Positions 25,632-39,972 of a stretch of DNA of 64,000 nt are shown here, piece by piece (the stretch's first letter is position 1; the number at the start of each line of letters is the position of its first letter). A program made the position numbers and the translations under genes. Under the pieces are notes generated by a model that saw only the letters and a program-made list of their open reading frames with translations, did no database searches and had not been told where the DNA came from. Where the stretch lies: the NCBI RefSeq assembly GCF_006345805.1, contig NW_021833023.1:16342-80341 (forward strand). Reading direction: 5' to 3'. The DNA is from Octopus sinensis (lineage: Eukaryota).

Positions 25632-28600
25632 GCAGCAGCAGTAGTAGTAGTGGTGGTAGTAGTAGTAGCAGCAGCAGCAGCAAATGATGGCTGTCCACTT
25701 GTGACCGAGGAAGACCATTGCTGACCTTCAGTAACATTGTGTGCTCTAGGACTAACGTATATTTTGCATTTGCAGCCCCAGTGGTGGCTAATGAGCCCTG
25801 CTCTTGACAAGCATACACGACTGCAAACATTGCAAACCTAGCTTTACCCATTCACTTCACCAGCTATGCGCTTTTGAGCAGCACACTCAAGTTCTTCATG
25901 CAGAACACGTGCTCTCTCAAAGGTGTTGACCCCATATCCTTAACCTGCTTTGTCCTTCTGTGGCAATGACAGGTATTGCTCTCCTAGTCAGTCTCCTGCA
26001 TATCACAGGTCTTTAATGAGGGCTTGACACAGTCCTTAAATTGCAGCTTTTGTTTCTGCCAGGGTTTCTTTCCATCCACAAGTTCTCCCCCCCCCCCCAT
26101 ATAGCATCTGTTTAGGGATCCTGCTATCCTTCATTCTAATAAGGAGTCCAGTCCAACGTAACCGGTGCTTGTGCACCATCACCTCAATACTCAAGATATC
26201 AGCTGTCCTTAGGACCTGTATGTCTGGAGTTTTTAAGGTCCTGCCAACATTCAGAACGTCTCTTAGACATCTCTGATGGAAGCATTCAAGGACTTTTACA
26301 TGACGTTTGTAAAGGGTCCATGTCTCACATAAGTAAAGGAGTGATGTCAGTACACATGCACGGTACACAGCAATTTTTGTTTACCTTGTGATGCCATGCT
26401 GGGACCAGACACGAGGCTGAAGAGACCGAAGGAATCAGTTGCTCTCTGCAGCCTGGAAGATATTTCCTCATCCAGGGAGCAAGAACGGCTGGGTATGCTG
26501 CCTAGGTAGACAAACTTGTCTACCACATTCAGTATTGTTCCTTCAACCAAGATAGCTGATACCACATATAGGTTTCCTGGTGCAGGCTGGAACATTACAA
26601 AAGTCTTGTCCAGGCTAATGCTGAGTCCACATGCCTTGCAAGAAGCAGAAATACGATTCATGAGTATTTGCATGTCATCCACTGTATGAGTGAGTAAGTG
26701 ACAGTAATCTGCATAAAGGAGGTCATGATTAAGAGACCGGAAAAGTTCTGAATTGGCAGAAAATCTTGTGTCTGGACATTCTTTCTTTGCTCTGTATTGT
26801 TGTCTCACTCTTATAACAGACACAAACATTTGTTGCACGCACTGTTGTTAGTAGTTAAAACAGACACACAGACATTGTTAGTAGTTAAAACAGACACACA
26901 GACACTCTTGTCACACACGCTGAGACAAACACTCTGCTAGCACTCACACACACTCTTATTGTACACTTCTGTAAACAAAAGTCTTTCTTTTCTCAAACAG
27001 TAGAACGGTTGTGTTTTTCTCCTTATTCTTTACTGGCACTCTTCATTCCTTCATTCCATTTATTTTGACTTATTCTTTTGTGGGACAACCATGCGGCTTT
27101 TAAAAGGAGACATTTCTGTCACCATCTCCTTTACATAGGGTCGTTCACTACAAACTCATAAAGCAAAATAAGCCGAATATGCTCATTTGTCACTTTCATT
27201 ACAGCTTCGAAAAAATAATTGTTAAAATTGAACTGCACTCCTCAAAATTTGCACTAAGAATAAGGGCATGATAAAATTACTACCTGCCTTTATAGCAAGT
27301 TGATGCAGGTAGTTCATCTCGACTCTATCTGATTTTAGTTTAGGCAATTGAGAAAACCATATTATTTATGGGATGACCCAATATATATATATATATCATC
27401 ATTGTCGTCATCCTTTAACGTCCATTTTCATTGCTGGCATGGGTCAGACGATTTGTCTGATGGGTGGAAAGTCAGAAGGCTGCACCAGGCTCCAATTATA
27501 TCTGACAGAGTTTCTGCAGCTGGATGCCCTTCCTAACACCAACCACTACACGAGTGTAGTGGGTGCTTTTTACATTCCAGTGGCACAAGTGCCAATTAGG
27601 CGGTACTTGAGTGGTGCTTTTTATGTGCCACTAGCAGAGGAACCAGTCAAGTGGCACTAGCATTGACCATACTCAAATGGTGCTTTTTACATGCCACCAG
27701 CATGGGTGTCAGTCAGGCGGTACTGGCATTGGCCACAACAATGATTTCATTTAACTCAACAGGTCTTCTCAAGCACAGTTTATTGACCGATGATTGACAG
27801 GTAATCTTAAATGGGCTGGTTATGCTACACTGGCCACGGTTATGGTCTCACCTGGCTTACCAAGTCTTCTAAAGCACAGCATATCCCCAAAAATCTTGGT
27901 CACTTGTTATCGCCCCTGTGAGGCCAAACATTCAAAGGTCATGCTTCACCTCCTCATCTCAGGTCTTACTGGGTCTACCTTTTCCAAAGGTCCCTCTAAT
28001 GCTAGGGTGTGACTCCTTTTCACACAGCTGTCCTCATCTATATGTAACCCATGACCATACCAACACAATCATCTCTCTTGCACACCATATCTGATGCTTC
28101 TTATGTTAAACTTTTCTCTCGGGGTGCTCACACTCTGACATGTATGCACACTGACATTACACATCCAGTGGAGCATACTAGCTTCATTTCTTGCAAGCTT
28201 ACACATGTTTTCAGCAGTCACAGCCCATGTTTCACTGCCATGTAGCATAGCTGTTCACATACATGCATCATACAGTCTACCTTTTACTCTGAGTGAGAGG
28301 CATTTTGTCACCAGCAGAGGTAGGAGCTCTCTGAATTTTGCCAGGCTATTCTTATTTTAGCAGCTACACTCTCAGAGCATCCACCCCACCCCACCACTAA
28401 CTTGGTCACCTAGGTAATAGAAGCTATCAGCTACTTCTAGTTTTTCTCCCTGGCATGTGACAGAAGCTGTTTTCTGTGCATTTGCCACACACAAAAACTA
28501 TCTTCTCAGTTAGCCTTCCTTTGATATTGCTGCACCTCTTATGTGTCTAAAGCTTGCACCGTGTACATCTTATGGACTTTCAACCTATACTTTTTCTACA

Positions 28601-31600
28601 GACCAAGCAGGGTCATCTACCTGAAGGGATTTGTGATTTGTCTGCCTTCCTACTTATTAGGACTTTGGTTTTAGCTAGGTTGACTCTAAGGCTCTTTGAT
28701 TCTAGACCTTGCTTCCACATCTGAAACTCCTCCTGTTGTTCTGATAGTGACTCAGCAATTAGTGCAAGGTCATCAGTATAGAGGAGCTCCCAGAGGCATC
28801 CTGTCTTGAATTCCTCCATTATTTCCTGGAGGACTATGATAAATAGGAGGGGGCTGAGGACTGAACCTTGGTGGACCCCTACCTCTACCCTGAATTCTTC
28901 ACTACACTCATTGCCAATCTTCACCTTAATGATAGTAGCCATGTAGATAGCTCGTACAGCTCTCACTAACCATATCTATCCTGAGTTTCCACATTGACCA
29001 CCAGATAAGGGATCGGGGGACTAGCTTTAAAAGTTGAACTCCTAGCAGACTTTTCAGCTCACTCATGAAGAGGGCTCATTGGGCATGTCGTCCAAAACTA
29101 AAGGGAGCTAGATTGCATGATTATGATACATCTATAATGAGTATACGCCCTAGTAGCTTTTGATCAGAAGTTAAGGATGAATGAAAATTAATTCTAAGGT
29201 GAGGGTTGGCAACGAGTATAGTGAAGAATTCAAGATAGAAGTAGGGGTTCACCAAGGATCAGTCTTCAGTCCCCTCATTCATTATAGTCCTCCAGACAAT
29301 AACAGAGGAATTCAAGACAGGCTACCCCTGGAAGCTCCACTATGCTCATGACCTTGCTCTAATAGCCGAGAACTAGATACAAAGTTTCGGGTGTGGAAGC
29401 AAGGTCTAGAATGGAAGGGCCTCTGGGTATACCTAGCAAAAACCAAAGTCTTAGTAAGTATGATGCATGTGTGCAAACTGTCATGCTACACAGCAGTAAA
29501 ACATGGGCCATGACTGCTGAGGACGTGTAAGCTTACAAGAAATGAAGCTCGTATGCTCCACTGGATGTGTAATGTCAGTGTGCATACACAACAGAGTGTA
29601 AACACCCTGAGAGAAAAGTTGGACCATAAGAAGCATCAAATGTGGTGGGCAAGAGAGACGACTGTGCTGGTATGGTCATGTGTTATGTATGGATGAGGAC
29701 AGCTGTGTGGGGAAGTGCCACTCCCTAACTGTGTAAGGAACCTGTGGAAGCGGTAGACCCAGGAAGACCTGAGATGTGGCAATGACGGGAAAACAAGACC
29801 TTTGGAGATATGATGTGATTGAGAAGACCCTGCAACTAAAGTGGGATCACAGCCATGGCCAATGCCAGTGTTGCATGTCTGGCCCATTTAAGAGTACCTT
29901 TGATGTGTCGGGCAATATGATATGATGAGAAATCCTGTTGAGTGAAGTAAAACCAAAATCGTAGCTGTGGCCAGTGCCCCCTCACTCACTCCTGTTCCAG
30001 TGGTTTGTAAAATGCATCATCCAAATGTGGTCGATGCCAGGTCCACCTAACTGGCTCCTATGCCAGTGGCATGTAAAAGGCACCCACTGCACTCTCGGAG
30101 TGGTTGGCATTAGGAAGGACATCCAGCTGTGGAAGCATGCTGGCTCTCCAAACCTGTCAAATCGTCCAACCCATGTCAGTATGGAAAACAGACGTTAAAA
30201 CGATGATGATCATCATCATTATGAATCATTCTATTGTTCCAGTCCCAGCTGAATTCCAACTGTTGGCCAATTTCTCCCAAAGTTCTTATCTCAATGTAAA
30301 ATTAACAAAGTGAATGTCATCTATCTCCCCTCTGGATTTCTGACGTCAACTGACAAATGCCATCCAGGATGGTGTGAATCAGCCAAGCGTTACCTGCTAG
30401 AAATAACAACCTAAATGCTTTTAAATCAGATCCCAATGCTGGATGTTCGAGAACCAAATAAATGACAGATTTTCAATCCTGAGATCATTCTAATTCCAAA
30501 AAGGTATATTTCTATGTTTAGCAATTGTAGACTGAAATACAGACAGACAGAATTTCACTTTTATTATAATAGATAAAAAAAAATCAACAAAAAATAAATG
30601 AGAATGTCTTTATAGTAAAAATATGCACGAACCATCTTTTAGGTTTTGTTGTCTCTTCATTTTATATTTCCTCCCTCTGAGTTGAAAACTCATTTTCTTA
30701 ATATCAAATTTTATGTTTTCCCAATCAAGGGTTTTTTTCTTCTGTGAGTATGCTTTCTCAAGCTTGGCATTTACTTTGTCTTCAAACATTTGTAGGTTTG
30801 CTGGAAAATTTTCATCAAAGTAAGACCATTGTACCATTGTTTTAAGAAGAGTTTCCTCGTCAGTTTCTTTGAATCCCATTAATAATGATTGGACAGAGAG
30901 TTTGGCATCTTTTACAAGAGAATGTCTGCCATAAATTGTAATTTTGTTACTGATAGAAATCTGGACTTCATGTGTTCTACTAATATCCCTTAAACTCAGC
31001 TTCTGAAAATAAAATCAACAAAATATTTCAAGGAAGAGAGAGAGAGAGAGAGAACATCACCACTGCCACTAATACCTGTTACCAAGAATCACTATAAATG
31101 TTCCTAACAATCCTAAATTGACCACCATGTAGAAATACATTTTCCACAGTGGGTTGCTCTTCATTTGTTAATTTTGTTTTTGAAGACTTAATGTGAAAAA
31201 TAATTTAACGTACACACTCAACTCTGAGTAAGTCTATGTGCAAATAAATATATATACATATATACTAACTTGTATTCACATTTACTAATGCTACGGTGCC
31301 TCCCCCCCCCCTTCCACATCATACACATGAATCTAACTGAACAACTAGGAAGGAATTCAATATGAATGGAGGACTCCTGCCTGTGGGAGGGTTTTTGACA
31401 TCTGAAGTTACTTGTTCTAGCCTGATGTAAGGAATTCTTCTTTTCCAATAGTTTAATCTGTTGTGTGCATAGGAAATAACAATAATGATACCCAACAAAA
31501 CAAGGGCAATCTCAGTTATTGAATCCCTCCTTATTAACAAATTGAAACCATCCATTAACAACTGGAAGGAACTACACAAAGCACTTTGAGATTTCGCATT

Positions 31601-33641
31601 TGACTGGATAATATGATGTGGATGATCAGATCGGTGGTGGAGGAAAATGTGGACTTGCAAAATAACTCTGTCACTATTCTCCCTAAAGACAACTTAACTT
31701 TGGTGTCCAAAAATTCAACGCTTGTTTTTGAAAAACTGGACGTAAGTTTTCTGTTGGACCTAAAGCCATAGCTTTTAGCATAATTCACACAAATGCAAGA
31801 AGTCACTTAAACTATCCCGTGATCCTTCTCAGACAAAAAAGCTGTCATCAATTAACTGTAACCAGAGTATTGGTTCACGACTATATAGGGATTTGAATGT
31901 GTTCATTAACTATGTCTTGAATTTTGTCATGAAGACATTTGTGAAATTAACTGCCATGGGTGCCCCCATGGTGCAGCCCCTTGTCTGGTGGTAAAATTTT
32001 GTCCAAATTTCATTGTGTTACTTCGTAACACAAACACCAATAACCTACAAAAAAACTATGATGGAATACTTTTGTTTGACCGCTTTTCAAAGGCATTCAT
32101 GCATGCTTCTACCCCTTCATCATGGTCAATATTCGGATATAAGGAAGAAACGTCCATGGTTATCAAAAACCACTTTTTTGACATGGATTTGGGGCCTTAA
32201 AATGATTTGTACTGACAGAGGTGATAACTGGAAACATACAAATGCTTTTGTTCATCATTATGTCAAATGCAGTTACAGTGAATCATGATAAAAGGAAATA
32301 GCAAATGACATAGCTAAGCCGGGTCATAGTGCTAGTGCATGCATATACAGCTGCGTGCGTGTGCACATACACGCGAGTACTGTCCAAATCTCTGACCAAT
32401 CACATACAGCTAGCTGGCATTCAATTGGCATATCAAGTTTCGGGCATTTTGATTGGGTTTTGGATAGAAAATTCACAAAGAAGTCACTTCTATTGATTTT
32501 TGAATGGCTTTGCAGGGTGACTGAGGAAATGTAAAGATGTGCACGACCACCTTTGGATGGTTTTCAATGACCATAGAAAGTGCAAGCTCTCTAACTGGAA
32601 AATTTTGCCGTTTATGTTTATAAGAGATTAGCAAAGAAAGTCAAACACAATACAATATGTGAGAGAAATTCTTTAGTGATTAACTAGCACTGAAATTTCT
32701 CTGGCATTTCAAAAGTGTTGCCTGAAAGATACCAGCATGTGGCAGAAAAAATATCCTTGTTTCAAACAGAAATTTCCTCAGCCACCCATTCTAGCTGTTA
32801 GATAGTGTAGAAATATAAGAGAATTATTGACCTTTATTTCTGACTCCAAGGAAACTAACATTGGAGTATCTGCATGCTGTGCCTTGAAAACCAATCGTAA
32901 AAAAAAGGTAAGCCCTGTTCATTGTGCAACAACATGAGTCAAGGGAATTCCATCAGGAATCATAACAGAAATGTTATGATTTATACAGAAGGTGGGACAT
33001 GTAGAGATTCCCATTTGGTGTATGCAGCAGGATGCATGAAACACAACTTGGTTTATGTTGGTTGTACATCAGAACAATTAAACAAAAGACTTAATGGGCA
33101 CAGATATGATGTCAGGCACATTAATATTAGAGTAGTTCGACAGAACTTGCCGAACATTTCGCTTCAAGCGGCTGCAATTATGAAGAAGACTTGAAAGTGC
33201 ATATTCTCAGAAAATATTCTGAATCTGCTTCACTTTCACTTCTCAAAATGCATGAGGAGAAATATGTTTGCAGGTTATTAACATCACGCCCTGGAGGAAT
33301 GAATAAAATGACAGGAGAATATCATCAAATTCATACAAAACTGTTTGATTAGATAGTCTTCTTCTTTTTCCTTTTAATTTTTCATTCCTCTATTTTTCTG
33401 TCTTTTTCATTTTGTCTGTTATAAAATTGAAACTTAAAGACCGATGTTGTCATTCCATCAACGTTTGGACACTGGTTGCTCTCATTCATACTTTGGATTT
33501 AGATTTCTATAATTTTGAATTTTTATCACTTTGCATTTTGAACTCAACAAAGACAGGCTTACTGTTGAAATATCCTTCAACCAATAAAAATAGCTATTGC
33601 AATTGCATCGCGCTATTTGTCTTATCTGTTTACCTTTTAAA

Positions 33642-33677
<36 letters not shown>

Positions 33678-33763
33678 TATTAATAATAATAATGATAATG
33701 ATATTAATAATAATAATAATAATAATGATATTAATAATAATAATAATAATAATAATGATATTG

Positions 33764-33805
<42 letters not shown>

Positions 33806-36800
33806 GAAAGTTTTGATGGGAAGATTTTAGTTTATATACAAACAAACCTAGTTTTTCATTTTATTTATCCCAAAGGGATGAAAGGTAATGAAGACCACCA
33901 CAGGGTTTGAACTCAGCATGCAAAAAGCCAAAATCCTGCAATACTGCAAGGCAATTTTACCAATGTTCTTAGAATTCTACTGGTCTGCCACCTCAAAATA
34001 ATAATGATGATAATGATGGTGGTGCTGGTGGTGATGATGATTTTTTTATTAGCCACTAGGTTCAAAGAAAGACAAAGACAATAAGAAAATGATAAACATG
34101 GTAAGGGTTTACAAATAACAATAGAATTTGCCAAAAGGAAGGCTAACTGCTTCAAAGGCAAAGTAGGAAACTCCACTAAAACTCAATGGTCCTGACCAGC
34201 AAGGGCAAGCGCTCTCTCTCATCTATTGTTTCTCAAACAACAGGGCCATGCTCAGAGCAGGGCTGTTCACTGCATGACATTATCAACAAGAGCACTACGA
34301 GAGCACAAATTTCCACCAAGGTAACACCAATGTCCTCTCAATGATTAACCAGAGATGGTTTTTAAAATGAGAATATCTAAAAATGAATCCAATGGCTCTC
34401 AAAAATTAAGCAAAAAAAAAACAACCCAAAAAATAATCCAGAATCCTTGTCCGGTACCTGATCGATCCCAATGGTAGTCATGGAACGTGAAGGTGGCAGT
34501 AGAAAATTTAGTAACAGTAAAAAATAGTATATCCTTATCTAATACAAGCCAAAGTCAACAATTTCACCATTCAAAATAGTTTCAAAGATAGGGTTAATAA
34601 AGTTCTACTCAGGAATTTTTAAACGAATAGCATGAGACCTTTTCGTTTTCTCTTCTCTTAAATTACAGCCTACCTTTGATATTCCTGTTGTTTTAGATCG
34701 ATGTATAGATGTGTGTATATATGTAAGTATACTGTAAAGCGTTAATATGTATGTATAATATATAATATATGTGAGAGAAAGTTGAGTTCTCTTTCATCCT
34801 TTATTTTGGTTGGTTCCAAAGGTCGGTTTCTTATAAAGATTCTTCATATTTCATTGGTCGCTTACTGTTGTAAGAATAGTGAATATGAAAATGCTACAAG
34901 TATAAGGTGTGTTATGAGAAACAGCTAAGACTCTACTCCCTGGAGAGAAGATGGGAGAGGCATGCAGTAATATATATCTTGAAATCCTGGAAGGAAATGT
35001 GCCAAATTTTGGCATTGACAGCTACACCAATGCCAGAACGGGACGACGCTGCATAGTGCCAAAGATCCCAGCAATGCCATCACACTTCAGGACCAGTTAC
35101 TGCAACAGCCTGGGTTTCAAGGGCCCACAGCTTTTCAATATTCTCTCAAAGAGTCTGAAGAACTTGCACAAAGTAGATGTAGCAGTTTTTAAATCAAAGC
35201 TGGACATCTTCCTGTCGAGAGTCCCAGATGAACCTACCTCACAGGGTTAATATAGGGCGTTACGTCTATCAGAAAATCAAAAATAAAATGTGTGTAATAG
35301 GTGTAAAACAACTTCCTATGAACGAATATGAAAAAAAAATTCGCGCACGCGAAAGGGGGGTGGGGGAGAGGCCTCAGAAAATTCACATCAGGAAGTTCCG
35401 AAAGCGTCTGAGGGGCTGACCCGGGCACCAAAACAAAAATAAAATAATGTAATATGTGTAAAACAACTTGCTCTAAACGAATATGAAAAAAAAAATGCGC
35501 TCTCGCGAAAGAGGGGTGGGGGAGAGGCCTCGGAAAATTTATATCGGGAATTTCCGAAAGCGTCTGAACCGGGCACAAAAACAAAAACAGCGTAATATGT
35601 GCAAAACAAATTGCTCTAAACGACTATCATGAAAAAAATGCGCGCTCGCGAAAGGGGAGTGGGGAGAGGCTTCGGAAATTTCACATCTTCAGTCCATGGC
35701 CTTTAAACTATGAAAAAATAGTGTAATTGGTGTAAAACTACTTGTTCTAAACGAGTATCAAGAACACACACATGAATCATAAACTCCGTATTTTTGTACA
35801 TATTTCGCAAAAAAAAAATAAAATAAAGAGAAGAAATTCTGGAAAAAGTGAAGAAATGTTGGATCTCCGCCATGTGAATCAAAATACGTGTCAGAAACAT
35901 CTTGAAATACTACAGAAATTATGTTACGAAAATGATAATGTATACATACCTCTTTGAGTGGTCCATCGACAATGATGATAAAGAAATGAGTTGGATTTGA
36001 ACTCAGAATATTGACTAACACAACTACATACTACAAGACTCAAAATATTCAGCCAAGTCACCACCCTTTAACTAGCAATAATAATAACATCAATAACATA
36101 ACAGCCAAAAGATTTATTTGTTCTGAAAATAACAATCATAGTAAATAAATATGTTCTTTAATATTCACATTCATGTGCACAGTTAAACACACTTACATAC
36201 AAACAGTCACGCATGCATAATACAGAACGGAACACATAAATGAAGGATGCATTAGTTAGTATATATTACATCTAGAGAATTTTGATTAATAAGTCAAATA
36301 TGCAAATTATAAAGATAATTAATTGCTTTACTAAACAGTGTTGTAAAGGTGAAAAAATAAATTTGGGAAAAAAATACATGCCAAAACTAATTAATAAAGG
36401 ATAATTAGGGAAGGATTGACACAAAATAATTATTTTTTCTGATAAATGCATCTTAATAAGTGAGAAGAATTGCATATATCTGAACTATTTCAAAGAAAAG
36501 CATAAATTTAATGTTTAAAATAGCTTTGACCAAGGAATGAGATCCAACATTTCTTCACTTTTTCCAGAATTTCTTCTCTTTATTTTTTTTTTTTTTGCGA
36601 AATATGTACAAAAAAACGGAGTTTATGATTCATGTGTGAGTGTGTGTTCTTGATACTCGTTTAGAACAAGTAGTTTTACACCAATTACACTATTTTTTCT
36701 TAGTTTAAAGGCCGTGGACTGAAGATGTGAAATTTCCGAAGCCTCTCCCCCACCCCCTTTCGCGAGCGCGCATTTTTTTCATGATAGTCGTTTAGAGCAA

Positions 36801-39800
36801 GTTGTTTTACACCTATTACGCTGTTTTTGTTTTTGTTTTTGTGCCCGGTTCAGACGCTTTCGGAAATTCCCGATATAAATTTTCCGAGGCCTCTCCCCCA
36901 CCCCTCTTTCGCGAGAGCGCATTTTTTTTTCATATTCGTTTAGAGCAAGTTGTTTTACACATATTACACTATTTTTTTTTTGTTTTGGTGCCCGGGTCAG
37001 CCCCTCAGACGCTTTCGGAACTTCCTGATGTGAATTTTCCGAGGCCTCTCCCCCACCCCCCTTTCGCGTGCGCGAATTTTTTTTTCATATTCGTTCATAG
37101 GAAGTTGTTTTACACCTATTACACACATTTTTTTTTTGATTTTCTGATAGACGTAACGCCCTATATTAACCCCTCACAGCAAGAGGTGCAAATGAGAGTA
37201 GCTATATCAAACTCCATTCTTCACCAAGTGCCACATATTAGAGGAGGCTCTTAGTAATAACAGTGTAGCACAAAACAGCGGTGCATCAGCATGGCCGCAG
37301 CTCTGAGCTGAAACTAAAAGAAGAAAAAAAAAGAGTTTATAGAACAAATATCCTATACTGTTAAAGATGGAGAAAAGAAGATGTTAAAAGTTTGAAAAGA
37401 ATTTAATCCATGCATGCGATTGTTTCAAACAGAAACATAAACATGTCAATAACATAATAGGAAAATTAGAAATCAATGTAATTATAATTTTCTTATATTC
37501 ACTTTCACATTACCTTATATTAGTTAGGAAATTATTTATAAAATATTACTATAGATTTTTCACCTCCTTTATGCCAAACTAGATTCTCGACTCATATTGA
37601 AATTTTTAATATTTATACAAAGACATAGTCAACCTACAAAATATAGAAACGTACAATTTTTTAAAATAACACTTTTACGACTTGGTCTCAGCCGTATTTC
37701 CCATACATTGTTATTTTTTCTCAACCTCTCAAAAACACTTGATTATCATCGAACGGTTTTTTCAATATTCTTAACCACAGCAAGTAATTTCTTTCTTTAT
37801 TCTGTAATATTAACAACTATTCTTCTATCTTTATTTCTTTATCTTATATTTATTTCACACAAACAAATATTAGTTTTTTCACTAAAAAAACTTTCCCTAT
37901 TGTATTAGCTATTGATTGTGGGAGGCACGTAGCTTAGTGGTTAGGGTGTCAGCATCATGATTGTAAGATTGTGGTTTCGATTCCTGGACCGGGCGACGCA
38001 TTGTGTTCTTGAGCAAAACACTTCATTTCACGTTGTTCCAGTCCACTCAGCTGGCAAAAATGAGTAACGCTATGATGGACTGGCGTCCCATCCAGCTGGG
38101 GAACACATATGCCATAGAAACCAGGAAACCAGGCCCATGAACCTGGTTAGGCTTTAAAAAGGGCACATGTATTTTATTAGCTATTAATTACTCCATCGCA
38201 ACTCCGTATATATTTTTTGTTTATAATTCAAGTAGCTTAAATAAAACTGTATTAACTATTTCCTATTTCTTATTCTCAAACAAGAATTTTTTAAAAAATA
38301 ATTTCTTTAAATATACACCATACTTAATATTTCTTACCACTTATAACTGTCAAATCAGATATTAATTTAAATATAGCTATGCTGTCCCATTTGATGCTTA
38401 TATATATATATATTACTTCTTATGATAAATGCCTTATATTTATATCGAGTGTATATCACTTAATTACTTATTATTATATAGAGAAAATGTTTCTTAAACA
38501 TCTTACACTTGTATTTTAAAGTAACCATTAGCTGCATCAGTTTTAGTTCATACACAACTATGACTCAATAACACTATCTTAGCATATATAATAAGTATAT
38601 CTGAATATGTTATGTGCTATTCACTCCATCAAGTCTTCTGTGACAATAATAAAATTATTTTTTGATGTATTCTTTTTTTTGCACAGAGGAGAAGAGTAAT
38701 ATGTAATTAATTTAATTATAATTAAATTGATTTCTAATTTTTCTACCATGTTATTTTCATGTTAATATTGCTGTTCGAAACGATTGTATGCATGGATTAA
38801 ATTCTTTTCAAACTTTTAACATCTTCTTTTCTCCATCTTTAACAGTTTGTTCAGTTTCTGTAGGATATTTGTTCTATAAATTCTCATAACACACCTTATA
38901 CTTTTAATATATGATATATACATTATAAAAATATGTTAATGTTATTTAATTTCTGAATGGTTTTACTGCTGTTTGTTAATGTAGTTTGATTTGTTTATCC
39001 ATCAGTTTCTATTAAGATAAAGGTGCAAGTAAAATTAATGATAGAGAAATGAAAATAAAACTTTAGAAACAACCTAAAGGGAGATAATTGAGAAAGACTT
39101 GAAAGTGAACGTAAGATCATAATCATGTAAAGTAAAGATAACAAATAATCCAGACTCCTTGTCCGGTATCGGATAGATCCCAAAATTTAATCCATTCATG
39201 CTAGCGGTTCTTGAGATATCTTGTCCATAGACAAACAAACAAACAAGACTGAAAACAATACCTCCGCCTTCACTAAGGTGGAAGTAATACTAATAATAAT
39301 AAGAGGACTGATAATAATAAGGGAATTAATATTGGTAAAAGACCGCATGGAGCTAGAGTCAATATAGACTCCTATGTAGGTAATAGTGAAGCCAGTTCAT
39401 TAAGAGATGTTAAAGTCACAGCAATACATAGGGAAACCCCAAAAAGAAAGTAAGTGAAAAAACCAGAAAAAGAACAAAAGTTATCTGATTGGCAGGAGAA
39501 GGCTTTGCATGGTAGATTCTCAAAGATATTTGCAGCAAATAATAGTCATAAAACATGGTTGTGGTTGAAGAAAGGAAAGCTGAAAGGGAAACAGAAAGCT
39601 AGGTAGTAGCAGCACAAGATCAAGTGCTAATGACTAATTGGATAAAAGCCAAGATAGACAAAAACCAAGTAGATTCCCAATGTGAGTTATGCAAATGAAA
39701 AAGGGAAAGTGTTATTATAGAAAGTGAATGTAGCATGATGGCACAGAAAGAATACAAGAAAAGATAACCTAGAGAGAGCAATCCACTGGACGGTCTGTAG

Positions 39801-39939
39801 AAAGCTAGGATTTGACCATACTGATAAATGATATTAGCATGAACCTAGTAAATTATTAAAAAGTAAGAAATATAAGATGTTGTGGGACTTTAACATTCAG
39901 ACTGACAGAATAATAGAAGCTAGAAGGCCTGATTTGGTG

Positions 39940-39972
<33 letters not shown>

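Noticed and set aside
26790-27135. Second solo LTR (LTR-like composition ending TTTACA)
   Set aside because: No matching TG start with a TSD could be identified; left unclassified.
33412-33910. Poly-Asn, poly-Ile and poly-Leu ORFs (similarly poly-His at 48194-48430 and 57129-57353)
   Set aside because: Trinucleotide microsatellite translations.
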